64,000 bases of DNA from Rhynchopus sp. YZ270_cl-10 (taxonomy: Eukaryota), in contig OZ037847.1 of assembly GCA_964035575.1 (NCBI GenBank), forward strand, positions 310,001 to 374,000, read 5' to 3'. Every line of letters starts with the position of its first letter. Position 1 is the stretch's first letter. Made by a program: the position numbers and the translations under genes. Below the pieces are notes generated by a model. The model made no database searches, was not told the DNA's origin, and worked only from the letters and a program-made list of their open reading frames with translations. Of the stretch, positions 37,785 through 47,533 are shown piece after piece.

Positions 37785-40700
37785 TTAGACGGCTTCCGTG
37801 TAATCTTGTACCGAGTTGCCGGCGCTGTGGCCGAGCCTGCGTCTGGATGAAAAGCTTGTCCTCCCGCTTGAACTTCCCGCACTGGAAGCGACTGAGGGGT
37901 CTGGCAACGGAAGTTGCTCCGCTGCTGCCAGACCTGCTATGGACCCTGCTGGGGTGTAGAAAGACCGTTCCCCGACGGAGACTAGCGAAAACTCGCCTGC
38001 ATCCCCTCTGGACATCGGGCTACGAGGGGACGACACGGCCATGTCTGCTGCAGGCCCCAACACCGGCATGGCCCTGGACCTTCTGACTGGCGGGCTGCTG
38101 AAGGAAACCGAATCTTCCGGCAGAGCCTTGGGCACTGCTACGCCTGCAGGGGTGTGCACGTCCTGAGGAGAGGATGACGTCTCCGCAATGGGTAGGGCAG
38201 GTTGGTCGATCTCAAAGACAGAGAGGTACGCAGCTTCATCGACAAGCTTGCCTGGCAGGTGGCGGCCCTCTTTGATGTCGCGCTTCGCCCAGAAGCTTTC
38301 TTGGACAAGACGGCGGCGGGCTTTAGAGACGTAGACGTCGCATACGAGGTCTGCAAGAGCCTTTGCAAGCACCACACCCATGGCAGCCGTCAGCACCGTC
38401 CTCGCCGTCGCAAACCCGCCATCATCAAGGTCTTCGTTGTAGTAGCCAATTCCCTGCAGAACTGTTACAACACAGAGCAGCGCGTACAGCACCATGTGCA
38501 ATGCGTTGTCACGTACCCTGCAGTAGGGACGCAGCCACCCAACAAAGACACACATCACCGCAAAGAGCGCTGCCATCCCCATGCGGAGGTGACCACACTG
38601 GATAAAGTCTGTCGTGTCTGGGACAGAGAGTGCACCGACCCCAAACATAAGGAGGAAAAAGAACACAACGAACCAGGACGCCGCCTCTGTGTACGACTTG
38701 ATTGCAGACATGAACTGGTTGTGCCACGGGTCATCGCGTTCTGTGGCCACCCATTCCCCTGGTCCGAGGAGGAACGTGCGCAGCATGTTGTTCTTGTCGA
38801 CGTCGGTGCTATACGTTGCACGGTACGGCACTGCACGGTGGACAGACCACGCTACCCACACCGGTACAGCAATGCACATCACAACCCCTGCAAGCCCACC
38901 CACAAACTGCACCAAGTTATTTGGGTACACAACAAGGTACTGCGAGACAAAGACAATGCCCTGGTACATGAACACAAAGAAGTACACCCCAACAGAAGGG
39001 AACATTGCCACCCCCTGGTACGCAAGAAGCTGCCGCAGGAACACCGACGACGTCTTCTCCACCCCCTGCGAGACACCGTACAACAGGACGGACAGCGCAG
39101 CCGTCAGTGCGGTGTTCCCAATGAGCGCCCCAAGGTGCTGGCTTCCGTCTACCTCGAGGCCCAGGGGGTTGACAGCAAAGGGGAGGTCGGCTTTGAACCC
39201 GCATTGTGGCGACCCTACGAGGGCCACTGTGGAGCCGGAGGCGGCGGCGTGTGTGCTGACCATGCCCAGTGCCGGTGTGGTTTCGACGACGGCTGCGCTG
39301 CGCACAGCTTCCGCAGAGGCAGCTGAGACAGCGATGTCGCAGCTGCCTTGCATCCCAGTGGTGCTGTCTGTGACGGTCATGCGCAGTCCCGTGTCCGAAG
39401 CAGTGTAGTGTGCGTTCCCTAAGTGCAGCACAACACCACCAGTTGTCGCGTCGTCTTCCTGACGCACAAAGTCGTCTTGTCTTGAAGCCCACACACCACC
39501 ATACTTCCCTGTGTACCCCTCGTGGCTCGTCACCGTGACAACAGAGTCGAGAGGTGTGCCCCGCTCGTTCCATGCCTTCACCCGCACCTCGTGACGACGC
39601 AGGTCTGCCTCCGTCACGCTTGCCGGGCACTCCAGCTGCAACAGCGGTACCACAGGTGTTGCCGTGCTCTGTGGCATCGCTGTGCCGGGTGAGAACGTGG
39701 TGTCAGGTGCGGCCTGGGTGGGTGCTTCCGTACCCGGGCTGAAGGTTCTCGGAGAAGAGACCGGCAGTGCCGTCCCAATTGCGGGCACTATTGGGCGCAA
39801 TGTGCGCGGCACACGTGGCGCACTTGTCACAACAGGGGATGGCGCAGCTGTGGTCGGAGGGGCAATCGGCACTCTGGAAACAGGCGCATTCGCCGGTGCC
39901 ACAGTCCTTGCCCATCTAGGCGCAAAGGTACCCACAGGTGCTTGTGTCTCGGGTGCTTCTGAAGTCGGAGAAAATGTCGGCACCTGTGCCATCGGAGAAA
40001 CTGTCGATGGCATCAGCGTGTCGGCAGCACGGGTAGCTGGGGACACTGTTCCTGGCGTCATCGTTGTAGGTGACAGTGTTACAGGTGACGTCGTTGGTGG
40101 GATTGCTGTCGCTGGCGAAAAGGTTGCTTGCGCCGGTGTCTCAGTTGCTGACGTCACTAACGGCAATGGTGTCGATGCTGCTGTTGGCAAAGGTGTGTTA
40201 GGAGACAGTGTGGGTGGTGAGAATGTCATAGGTGCCAGTGTCTCAACTGGACTTATCGGAGGAGACGGTGTCGCCGGCGGAGGGGTTAAAGGTGACTGCG
40301 ATGTGTGGGCGGGAGTTACAGGTGCAGGAGTTCTCTCGGGAGACAGTGTTGGTGTCGAAGATGCGGGAGGCAAAGGTGTAGGAGGCGACAGTGTTGCGGG
40401 TGCGAAAGAATCAGGTGCACCTGTCCGCGGAGAAGGTGTTGGTGGTGATGCTGTAACAGGGGCAGGTGTTGGCAGTACTGGTTTTACTGGAGAATCAGTA
40501 GGAGGGGAAGGTGTCACCGGACTTGCAGTCAGAGGTGACTGTGTCTGTAGCGACGGTGTCGGAGGACTCGGAGTTGGTGGTGACAATGTTGGGGGACTTG
40601 GGGTAGGTGGACTTGGTGTCGGTGGTGATGGTGTCGGAGGACTCGGAGTAGGTGGTGACGGAGTCGGCGGACTTGGTGTCGGTGGTGACGGTGTTGGAGG

Positions 40701-43700
40701 ACTTGGCGTGGGAGGACTTGGTGTAGGTGGTGACGGTGTTGGAGGACTTGGAGTAGGTGGTGATGGTGTTGGTGGACTCGGAGTCGGTGGACTTGGTGTC
40801 GGTGGTGACGGAGTCGGCGGACTTGGAGTAGGTGGTGATGTGGTTGGTGGACTCGGAGTTGGTGGACTTGGTGTAGGTGGTGATGGTGTCGGAGGACTCG
40901 GAGTAGGTGGTGACGAAGTCGGCGGACTTGGAGTGCGAGGACTTGGTGTAGGTGGTGATGGTGTTGGTGGACTCGGAGTAGGTGGACTCGGAGTCGGTGG
41001 TGACGGTGTCGGAGGACTTGGAGTAGGTGGTGATGGTGTTGGTGGACTCGGAGTCGGTGGTGACGGTGTCGGAGGACTTGGAGTAGGTGGTGATGGTGTT
41101 GGTGGACTCAGAGTCGGTGGTGACGGTGTCGGAGGACTTGGAGTAGGTGGTGATGGTGTTGGTGGACTCGGAGTAGGTGGACTTGGTGTCGGTGGTGACG
41201 GTGTCGGTGGACTTGGAGTAGGTGGTGATGGTGTTGGTGGACTCGGAGTCGGTGGTGACGGTGTCGGAGGACTTGGAGTAGGTGGTGATGGTGTTGGTGG
41301 ACTCGGAGTAGGTGGACTTGGTGTCGGTGGTGACGGTGTCGGTGGACTTGGAGTAGGTGGTGATGGTGTTGGAGGACTCGGAGTCGGTGGTGACGGTGTT
41401 GGAGGACTTGGAGTAGGTGGTGATGGTGTTGGTGGACTCGGAGTCGGTGGTGACGGTGTCGGAGGACTTGGAGTAGGTGGTGATGGTGTTGGTGGACTCA
41501 GAGTCGGTGGTGACGGTGTCGGAGGACTTGGAGTAGGTGGTGATGGTGTTGGTGGACTCGGAGTAGGTGGACTTGGTGTCGGTGGTGACGGTGTCGGTGG
41601 ACTTGGAGTAGGTGGTGATGGTGTTGGAGGACTCGGAGTCGGTGGTGACGGTGTTGGAGGACTTGGAGTAGGTGGTGATGGTGTTGGTGGACTCGGAGTC
41701 GGTGGTGACGGTGTCGGAGGACTTGGAGTAGGTGGTGATGGTGTTGGTGGACTCGGAGTCGGTGGTGACGGTGTCGGAGGACTTGGAGTAGGTGGTGATG
41801 GTGTTGGTGGACTCGGAGTAGGTGGACTTGGTGTCGGTGGTGACGGTGTTGGAGGACTTGGAGTAGGTGGTGATGGTGTTGGTGGACTCGGAGTCGGTGG
41901 ACTTGGTGTCGGTGGTGACGGTGTCGGTGGTGACGGTGTCGGTGGACTTGGAGTGGGCGGACTTGGTGTCGGTGGTAACGGTGTTGGTGGACTCGGAGTC
42001 GGTGGACTTGGTGTCGGTGGTGACGGTGTCGGTGGACTTGGAGTGGGCGGACTTGGTGTCGGTGGTGACGGTGTTGGTGGACTCGGAGTCGGTGGACTTG
42101 GTGTCGGTGGTGACGGTGTCGGTGGACTTGGAGTGGGCGGACTTGGTGTCGGTGGTGACGGTGTTGGAGGACTTGGAGTAGGTGGTGATGGTGTCGGTGG
42201 ACTTGGAGTGGGCGGACTCGGAGTAGGTGGTGATGGTGTTGGTGGACTCGGAGTAGGTGGACTTGGTGTCGGTGGTGACGGTGTCGGTGGTGACGGTGTC
42301 GGTGGACTTGGAGTGGGCGGACTTGGTGTCGGTGGTGACGGTGTTGGAGGACTTGGAGTAGGTGGTGATGGTGTCGGTGGACTTGGAGTGGGCGGACTTG
42401 GTGTCGGTGGTGACGGTGTTGGAGGACTTGGAGTAGGTGGTGATGGTGTTGGTGGACTCGGAGTCGGTGGACTTGGTGTCGGTGGTGACGGTGTCGGTGG
42501 TGACGGAGTCGGTGGACTTGGAGTGGGCGGACTTGGTGTCGGTGGTGACGGTGTCGGTGGACTTGGAGTGGGCGGACTTGGTGTCGGTGGTGACGGTGTG
42601 GGAGGACTTGGAGTAGGTGGTGATGGTGTCGGTGGACTTGGAGTGGGCGGACTCGGTGTCGGTGGTGACGGTGTTGGTGGACTCGGAGTCGGTGGACTTG
42701 GTGTCGGTGGTGACGGAGTCGGTGGACTTGGAGTGGGCGGACTCGGAGTAGGTGGTGACGGAGTCGGTGGACTTGGAGTGGGCGGACTTGGTGTCGGTGG
42801 TGACGGTGTTGGTGGACTCGGAGTCGGTGGTGACGGTGTTGGAGGACTTGGAGTAGGTGGTGATGGTGTTGGTGGACTCGGAGTAGGTGGTGACGGAGTC
42901 GGTGGACTTGGAGTGGGTGGACTTGGTGTAGGTGGTGATGGTGTCGGAGGACTCGGAGTAGGTGGTGACGGTGTCGGTGGACTTGGCGTGGGAGGACTTG
43001 GAGTAGGTGGTGATGGTGTTGGAGGACTCGGAGTCGGTGGTGACGGTGTCGGCGGACTTGGAGTGGGAGGACTTGGTGTAGGTGGTGATGGTGTTGGTGG
43101 ACTCGGAGTTGGTGGACTTGGAGTGGGAGGACTTGGTGTCGGTGGTGACGGTGTCGGTGGTGATGGTGTCGGAGGACTCGGAGTAGGTGGTGACGGAGTC
43201 GGCGGACTTGGAGTGGGAGGACTTGGTGTCGGTGGTGACGGTGTCGGTGGTGACGGAGTCGGTGGACTTGGAGTGGGTGGACTTGGTGTCGGTGGTGACG
43301 GTGTCGGTGGACTTGGAGTGGGCGGACTCGGAGTAGGTGGTGATGGTGTTGGTGGACTCGGAGTAGGTGGTGACGGAGTCGGTGGACTTGGAGTGGGTGG
43401 ACTTGGTGTAGGTGGTGATGGTGTCGGAGGACTCGGAGTAGGTGGTGACGGTGTCGGTGGACTTGGCGTGGGAGGACTTGGAGTAGGTGGTGATGGTGTT
43501 GGAGGACTCGGAGTCGGTGGTGACGGTGTCGGCGGACTTGGAGTGGGAGGACTTGGTGTAGGTGGTGATGGTGTTGGTGGACTCGGAGTTGGTGGACTTG
43601 GAGTGGGAGGACTTGGTGTAGGTGGTGATGGTGTCGGAGGACTCGGAGTAGGTGGTGACGGAGTCGGCGGACTTGGAGTGGGAGGACTTGGTGTCGGTGG

Positions 43701-45575
43701 TGACGGTGTTGGAGGACTTGGCGTGGGAGGACTTGGAGTAGGTGGTGATGGTGTTGGAGGACTCGGAGTCGGTGGTGACGGTGTCGGCGGACTTGGAGTG
43801 GGAGGACTTGGAGTAGGTGGTGATGGTGTCGGTGGTGACGGTGTAGGTGGACTTGGAGTAGGTGGACTTGGTGTTGGAGGACTCGGTGTCGGGTTGACAT
43901 CACAACATTCGTCTCTGTCGCAAAAACTGACGGGCACTGGGTCTGAAGTCCAAACGTGGATATAATCGTACAGGCAACCAGTGCCACAACAGTGATTATT
44001 AAGCTGATCTATTGTGCACAGACGTCTGCCATCATTTGCACAGATCGACATGGCCTCGGTGTAAGTTTTACCTGTTCCGTAACAGACACCCGACGAGGTT
44101 TCCGAAGCACAACCATTACTGTCATGTGCACAGCATCTGACACCCCCCAGTGTTTCTGTGTCTTTTAGAGAGTACACGCCCTGACAAAGCTGGCCCTGCA
44201 GTTGATGTGAGCCACTGCCACATGGTATGCTTGCACTTCCAGGTTTGGGCGACCAGTCAGCGGGACACGAAAACACATCACACATCACTGCAGGTGCTGG
44301 TGTCTGCGGCGAAGGTGTCGGGTTGACATCACAACATTCGTCTCTGTCGCAAAAACTGACGGGCACTGGGTCTGAAGTCCAAACGTGGATATAATCGTAC
44401 AGGCAACCAGTGCCACAACAGTGATTATTAAGCTGATCTATTGTACACAGACGTCTCCCATCATTTGCACAGATCGACATTGCCTCGGAGTAAGTTTTAC
44501 CTGTTCCGTAACAGACACCCGACGAGGTTTCCGAATCACAACCATTACTGTCATGTGCACAGCATCTGACACCCCCCAGTGTTTCTGTGTCTTTTAGAGA
44601 GTACACGCCCTGACAAAGCTGGCCCTGCAGTTGATGTGAGCCACTGCCACATGGTATGCTTGCACTTCCAGGTTTGGGCGACCAATCAGCGGGACACGAA
44701 AACGCATCACACATCACTGGAGGTGCTGGTGTCTGCGGCGAAGGTGTCGGGTTGACGTCACAGCATTCGTCTCTGTCACAAAAACTGTCGGGCACTGGGT
44801 CTGAAGTCCACATGTAACTCCAATCGTAACTGCAACCAGTGCCACAGCAGTTATTAGCGTGCTGATCTTTTGTGCACAGACGTCTCCCATCATTGGCGCA
44901 GATCGACATGGCCTCGGAGTAAGTTTTGCCCGTTCCGTAACAGACCCCCGACGAGGATAGTGAAGCACAGTCATTACTGTCATGCGCACAGCATCTAACA
45001 CCTCCGAGTGTTTCTGTGTCTCTTAAAAGGTTGACACCCACACAAAGCCGGACCTGCAGTGGATTCGAAGCACATGGTATGCTTGCACTTCCAGGTTTGG
45101 GAGACCAATCAGCAGGACACGAAAATGCATCACACATCACTGCGGGTGCTAGTGTCTGAGGTGCTGCTGTAGGTGGCGATACTGTTTGTCTGTGAGGATA
45201 CATGCCGTAGTCATCATATTTAACCCACGCAGTGGTACCACCAGTGTATGTGACCCACGTTTCCCATACACCAGTTTGGTCATTTCTTACTTTGATGCTT
45301 ACTAACCATCCATCAGAACCTCCACTTGAGTCCAAACGCAGGCGCCACATATCGTTTGAAGTAAACCCGCAGTTTGGGGTGAGGCTGAAAAATGAATATC
45401 TTGCTGGCGCGACGATGGTGGAGGAACATGTGTTTGATGACGAATCGGGTGCTTGGTCGTACCATATTTTCATGGTATGTACTGAACCTGAGGACGTGCC
45501 AGAACCAGTTTGCACTTGTATCTGCAGCGTCTCCCCGCATATGACAAAGGCAAGAAGGAGGACCCACTGCAACAT
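37785..45575 (-). CDS. Giant cell-surface protein (~2596 aa): signal peptide, PLAT-like domain, three ~143-aa Cys-rich lectin-like repeats, (PPTPS)n stalk, multi-pass TM domain
   Basis: Uninterrupted ORF; ATG at MLQWVLLLAFVICG. Repeats with CCAHDSNxC..TYSEAMSICANDGRRLCT..CCGTGC at a 429-bp period. Several hydrophobic segments lie near the C-terminus. Confidence 0.9.
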   Translation of the reverse strand: MLQWVLLLAFVICGETLQIQVQTGSGTSSGSVHTMKIWYDQAPDSSSNTCSSTIVAPARYSFFSLTPNCGFTSNDMWRLRLDSSGGSDGWLVSIKVRNDQTGVWETWVTYTGGTTAWVKYDDYGMYPHRQTVSPPTAAPQTLAPAVMCDAFSCPADWSPKPGSASIPCASNPLQVRLCVGVNLLRDTETLGGVRCCAHDSNDCASLSSSGVCYGTGKTYSEAMSICANDGRRLCTKDQHANNCCGTGCSYDWSYMWTSDPVPDSFCDRDECCDVNPTPSPQTPAPPVMCDAFSCPADWSPKPGSASIPCGSGSHQLQGQLCQGVYSLKDTETLGGVRCCAHDSNGCDSETSSGVCYGTGKTYSEAMSICANDGRRLCTIDQLNNHCCGTGCLYDYIHVWTSDPVPVSFCDRDECCDVNPTPSPQTPAPAVMCDVFSCPADWSPKPGSASIPCGSGSHQLQGQLCQGVYSLKDTETLGGVRCCAHDSNGCASETSSGVCYGTGKTYTEAMSICANDGRRLCTIDQLNNHCCGTGCLYDYIHVWTSDPVPVSFCDRDECCDVNPTPSPPTPSPPTPSPPTPSPPTPSPPTPSPPTPSPPTPSPPTPSPPTPSPPTPSPPTPSPPTPSPPTPSPPTPSPPTPSPPTPSPPTPSPPTPSPPTPSPPTPSPPTPSPPTPSPPTPSPPTPSPPTPSPPTPSPPTPSPPTPSPPTPSPPTPSPPTPSPPTPSPPTPSPPTPSPPTPSPPTPSPPTPSPPTPSPPTPSPPTPSPPTPSPPTPSPPTPSPPTPSPPTPSPPTPSPPTPSPPTPSPPTPSPPTPSPPTPSPPTPSPPTPSPPTPSPPTPSPPTPSPPTPSPPTPSPPTPSPPTPSPPTPSPPTPSPPTPSPPTPSPPTPSPPTPSPPTPSPPTPSPPTPSPPTPSPPTPSPPTPSPPTPSPPTPSPPTPSPPTPSPPTPSPPTPSPPTPSPPTPSPPTPSPPTPSPPTPSPPTPSPPTPSPPTPSPPTPSPPTPSPPTPSPPTPSPPTPSPPTPSPPTPSPPTPSPPTPSPPTPSPPTPSPPTPSPPTPSPPTPSPPTPSPPTPSPPTPSPPTPSPPTPSPPTPSPPTPSPPTPSPPTPSPPTPSPPTPSPPTPSPPTPSPPTPSPPTPSPPTPSPPTPSPPTPSPPTPSPPTPSPPTPSPPTPSPPTPSPPTPSPPTPSPPTPSPPTPLPPTPSPPTPSPPTPSPPTPSPPTPSPPTPSPPTPSPPTPSPPTPSPPTPSPPTPSPPTPSPPTPSPPTPSPPTPSPPTPSPPTPSPPTPSPPTPSPPTPSPPTPSPPTPSPPTPSPPTPSPPTPSPPTPSPPTPSPPTPSPPTPSPPTPSPPTPSPPTLSPPTPSPPTPSPPTPSPPTPSPPTPSPPTPSPPTPSPPTPSPPTPSPPTPSPPTPSPPTPSPPTPSPPTPSPPTPSPPTPSPPTPSPPTPSPPTPSPPTPSPPTPSPPTPSPPTPSPPTPSPPTPSPPTLSPPTPSPPTPSPPTPSPPTPSPPTPSPPTPSPPTPSPPTPSPPTPSPPTPSPPTPSPRTPSPPTSSPPTPSPPTPSPPTPSPPTPSPPTTSPPTPSPPTPSPPTPSPPTPSPPTPSPPTPSPPTPSPPTPSPPTPSPPTPSPPTPSPPTPSPPTPSPPTPSPPTPSPPTPSPPTLSPPTPSPPTPSLQTQSPLTASPVTPSPPTDSPVKPVLPTPAPVTASPPTPSPRTGAPDSFAPATLSPPTPLPPASSTPTLSPERTPAPVTPAHTSQSPLTPPPATPSPPISPVETLAPMTFSPPTLSPNTPLPTAASTPLPLVTSATETPAQATFSPATAIPPTTSPVTLSPTTMTPGTVSPATRAADTLMPSTVSPMAQVPTFSPTSEAPETQAPVGTFAPRWARTVAPANAPVSRVPIAPPTTAAPSPVVTSAPRVPRTLRPIVPAIGTALPVSSPRTFSPGTEAPTQAAPDTTFSPGTAMPQSTATPVVPLLQLECPASVTEADLRRHEVRVKAWNERGTPLDSVVTVTSHEGYTGKYGGVWASRQDDFVRQEDDATTGGVVLHLGNAHYTASDTGLRMTVTDSTTGMQGSCDIAVSAASAEAVRSAAVVETTPALGMVSTHAAASGSTVALVGSPQCGFKADLPFAVNPLGLEVDGSQHLGALIGNTALTAALSVLLYGVSQGVEKTSSVFLRQLLAYQGVAMFPSVGVYFFVFMYQGIVFVSQYLVVYPNNLVQFVGGLAGVVMCIAVPVWVAWSVHRAVPYRATYSTDVDKNNMLRTFLLGPGEWVATERDDPWHNQFMSAIKSYTEAASWFVVFFFLLMFGVGALSVPDTTDFIQCGHLRMGMAALFAVMCVFVGWLRPYCRVRDNALHMVLYALLCVVTVLQGIGYYNEDLDDGGFATARTVLTAAMGVVLAKALADLVCDVYVSKARRRLVQESFWAKRDIKEGRHLPGKLVDEAAYLSVFEIDQPALPIAETSSSPQDVHTPAGVAVPKALPEDSVSFSSPPVRRSRAMPVLGPAADMAVSSPRSPMSRGDAGEFSLVSVGERSFYTPAGSIAGLAAAEQLPLPDPSVASSAGSSSGRTSFSSRRRLGHSAGNSVQDYTEAV
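40555..43893 (-). repeat. Coding 15-bp tandem repeat (PPTPS, roughly 220 units)
   Basis: Synonymously varied 15-mers, all in frame. Confidence 0.97.
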
Positions 45576-45672
45576 AGTCGAGAGCTGTGTGTTTATGAAC
45601 ACAACCCTCGCTTACTGTGTAATCTGCAGGGTTTGTGTGAGACGAGAGACGAGGAGGGGGGGTTAGCTTCGC

Positions 45673-47533
45673 CGTGGTCAAGAAGATCGAAACAATCGTT
45701 TGGGAGACACCAGAAATGTTGCTAAGATCTGAGGAATCTGTTGCTTCGAAATGTAGAGGCATGCAGGCACTGTGGCTTCCTGAGGACCGTGGTTAGAGAA
45801 GGGAATAAAAAGAAAAATAAATACATTGAGACGAACGCGTCTCTCTTCTTAGTAAAGTAAAAATGACGTTTTTGTTTTTAATATGGCTTTAATTTTGGGG
45901 TTTGCACACAGATCTGAAATATCGGATTTTCTTTAAACAAGTCAAGATGTCCGATGGCTTAATGCTGTTCTGTGTAAGGGTGTACGTTAGTGGAGATGTG
46001 TCTGTTCGATAACTCAAAAAATAAAATAAAAAAGGAAAGGAAAGCTTCAAAGACGAATATGCGTTTTATGCATACACACTTTACTTTGAAGCTTTTCTAA
46101 ACAAGACCTTGTTTTAAGACCCTGGGGGCGGGAAAGATGGCTTAAATGTTTCTTTTTCTTCGAGCCTTGTATTTGCTGGAAGTAGAAAAAATCGAAAAGT
46201 GTAACTAATTTTTTTTTTTGCAACATCTGCTGTTCTCTCACATCCAACCAAGCTCCTTCATGGCCCAAGGTGCGTTCCAGATTTTGGTCATTCCGATGAT
46301 TTTGTTGGCATCGTTGAACTTGATGACGTAGACGTAGTGGGAGTTTGTGGTTTTGTTTGTGGGCTCGCAGGGTCCGGGGCCAGTGTGCTTGCCAGTGAAG
46401 GTGGCGAAGAAGGACACCGACTTGCGCTCCTCATCCACACCGACGTGGTGCAGCTCGTACGAACACCCAGGGACTGTCGCGTCCCCGAACCCCTTCATCC
46501 ACTCTGTGTACTTAGCCAGGGTTTTGATGTCTGCAATCGGCTCGGACTGCGCGGTGAACGTTGCATCCTCCGTGTGGTACTCCGCACAAGGCTTTCCTGT
46601 CTCACATGCAACAAAAAACGCGTTGGCGGCGGCCAGCATTGTTGGAAAGTGTCCTTTTTTTGAAATACTGTCTGAAGATGGATAGTGGAAAGCAGAGGAA
46701 AGGGGGGAAAGGGAGGTGAAATTACAAAGGGGGGTGTAGCAAGAATTTTGTAAAGGAAAACGATAAGGTGCGCCTCACTGTGTATGCACAATACTTACCG
46801 AAAAGAAAAGGGGTCGGGCAGAATGCCACCCAAACCTCTGCTTTTGTCACCTTTAGAATCAAGAAAAGGAAGGCCGCTAAACAGAAACGCTGCTCGCAAT
46901 TTGGCGAGACAGACGGTCGCTAGAACGGCACATGCGTTAAAACCAATCATATACTTTCATTCAAAGCGAAAGCACATAAGGACGTTCAAACACGATATAT
47001 GCTAACAGAAGAAAAGTTTGTAAGATGATCCTAAGCCCCTCACGCTTAGTCACTCTAAGGTAAAGTGCGAACAGGACCCTAGGAATGGGACAGTTCATAA
47101 ATAATTGGGAAGCCTCAAAGTGCTCAGACAAGACACAAATAAGCTCGGGGGAAAAAAACCGAAACCTCACCTGACACGCTGTCTGACGATATGCGCAGAC
47201 CAGAATGAATATGAGGAATGTGGCTGCCAAAAGCAGCTGACGTTTCCCCACACAGGATGGTGTGGTTACAGCAAAATTGGAAAATATTCGAAAAAAAAGG
47301 AAGATACACTTTCAATTCTTTCAGTACAAGACATCACAACCCTAACCAACACAGAAAATAGGAAAGGTACATGACGCATATGGTTCTGTTGCTTTTGGGA
47401 TGTGTGAGGTTCCTTTGGGGAAACGAAAAGTGAAGTTGATAACATGCACACACCTTGGCAGGCAGGCACGTACCATCAAAACAAACGAGAGTAGGCCAAT
47501 GAACAACACCTGCTCGCAATTTTGTGCGAGACA
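45673..47533. repeat. Segmental duplication, copy 2
   Basis: Matches 32205-34893. Confidence 0.9.
46238..46639 (-). CDS. SnoaL-like / NTF2-fold protein, second copy
   Basis: Identical to 33213..33614 except T4A. Confidence 0.85.
   Translation of the reverse strand: MLAAANAFFVACETGKPCAEYHTEDATFTAQSEPIADIKTLAKYTEWMKGFGDATVPGCSYELHHVGVDEERKSVSFFATFTGKHTGPGPCEPTNKTTNSHYVYVIKFNDANKIIGMTKIWNAPWAMKELGWM

Noticed and set aside
39664..43965. 1433-aa plus-strand Gly/Val-rich ORF and 829-aa His-rich minus ORF (41498..43987)
   Set aside because: Antisense and alternative-frame shadows of the PPTPS repeat.
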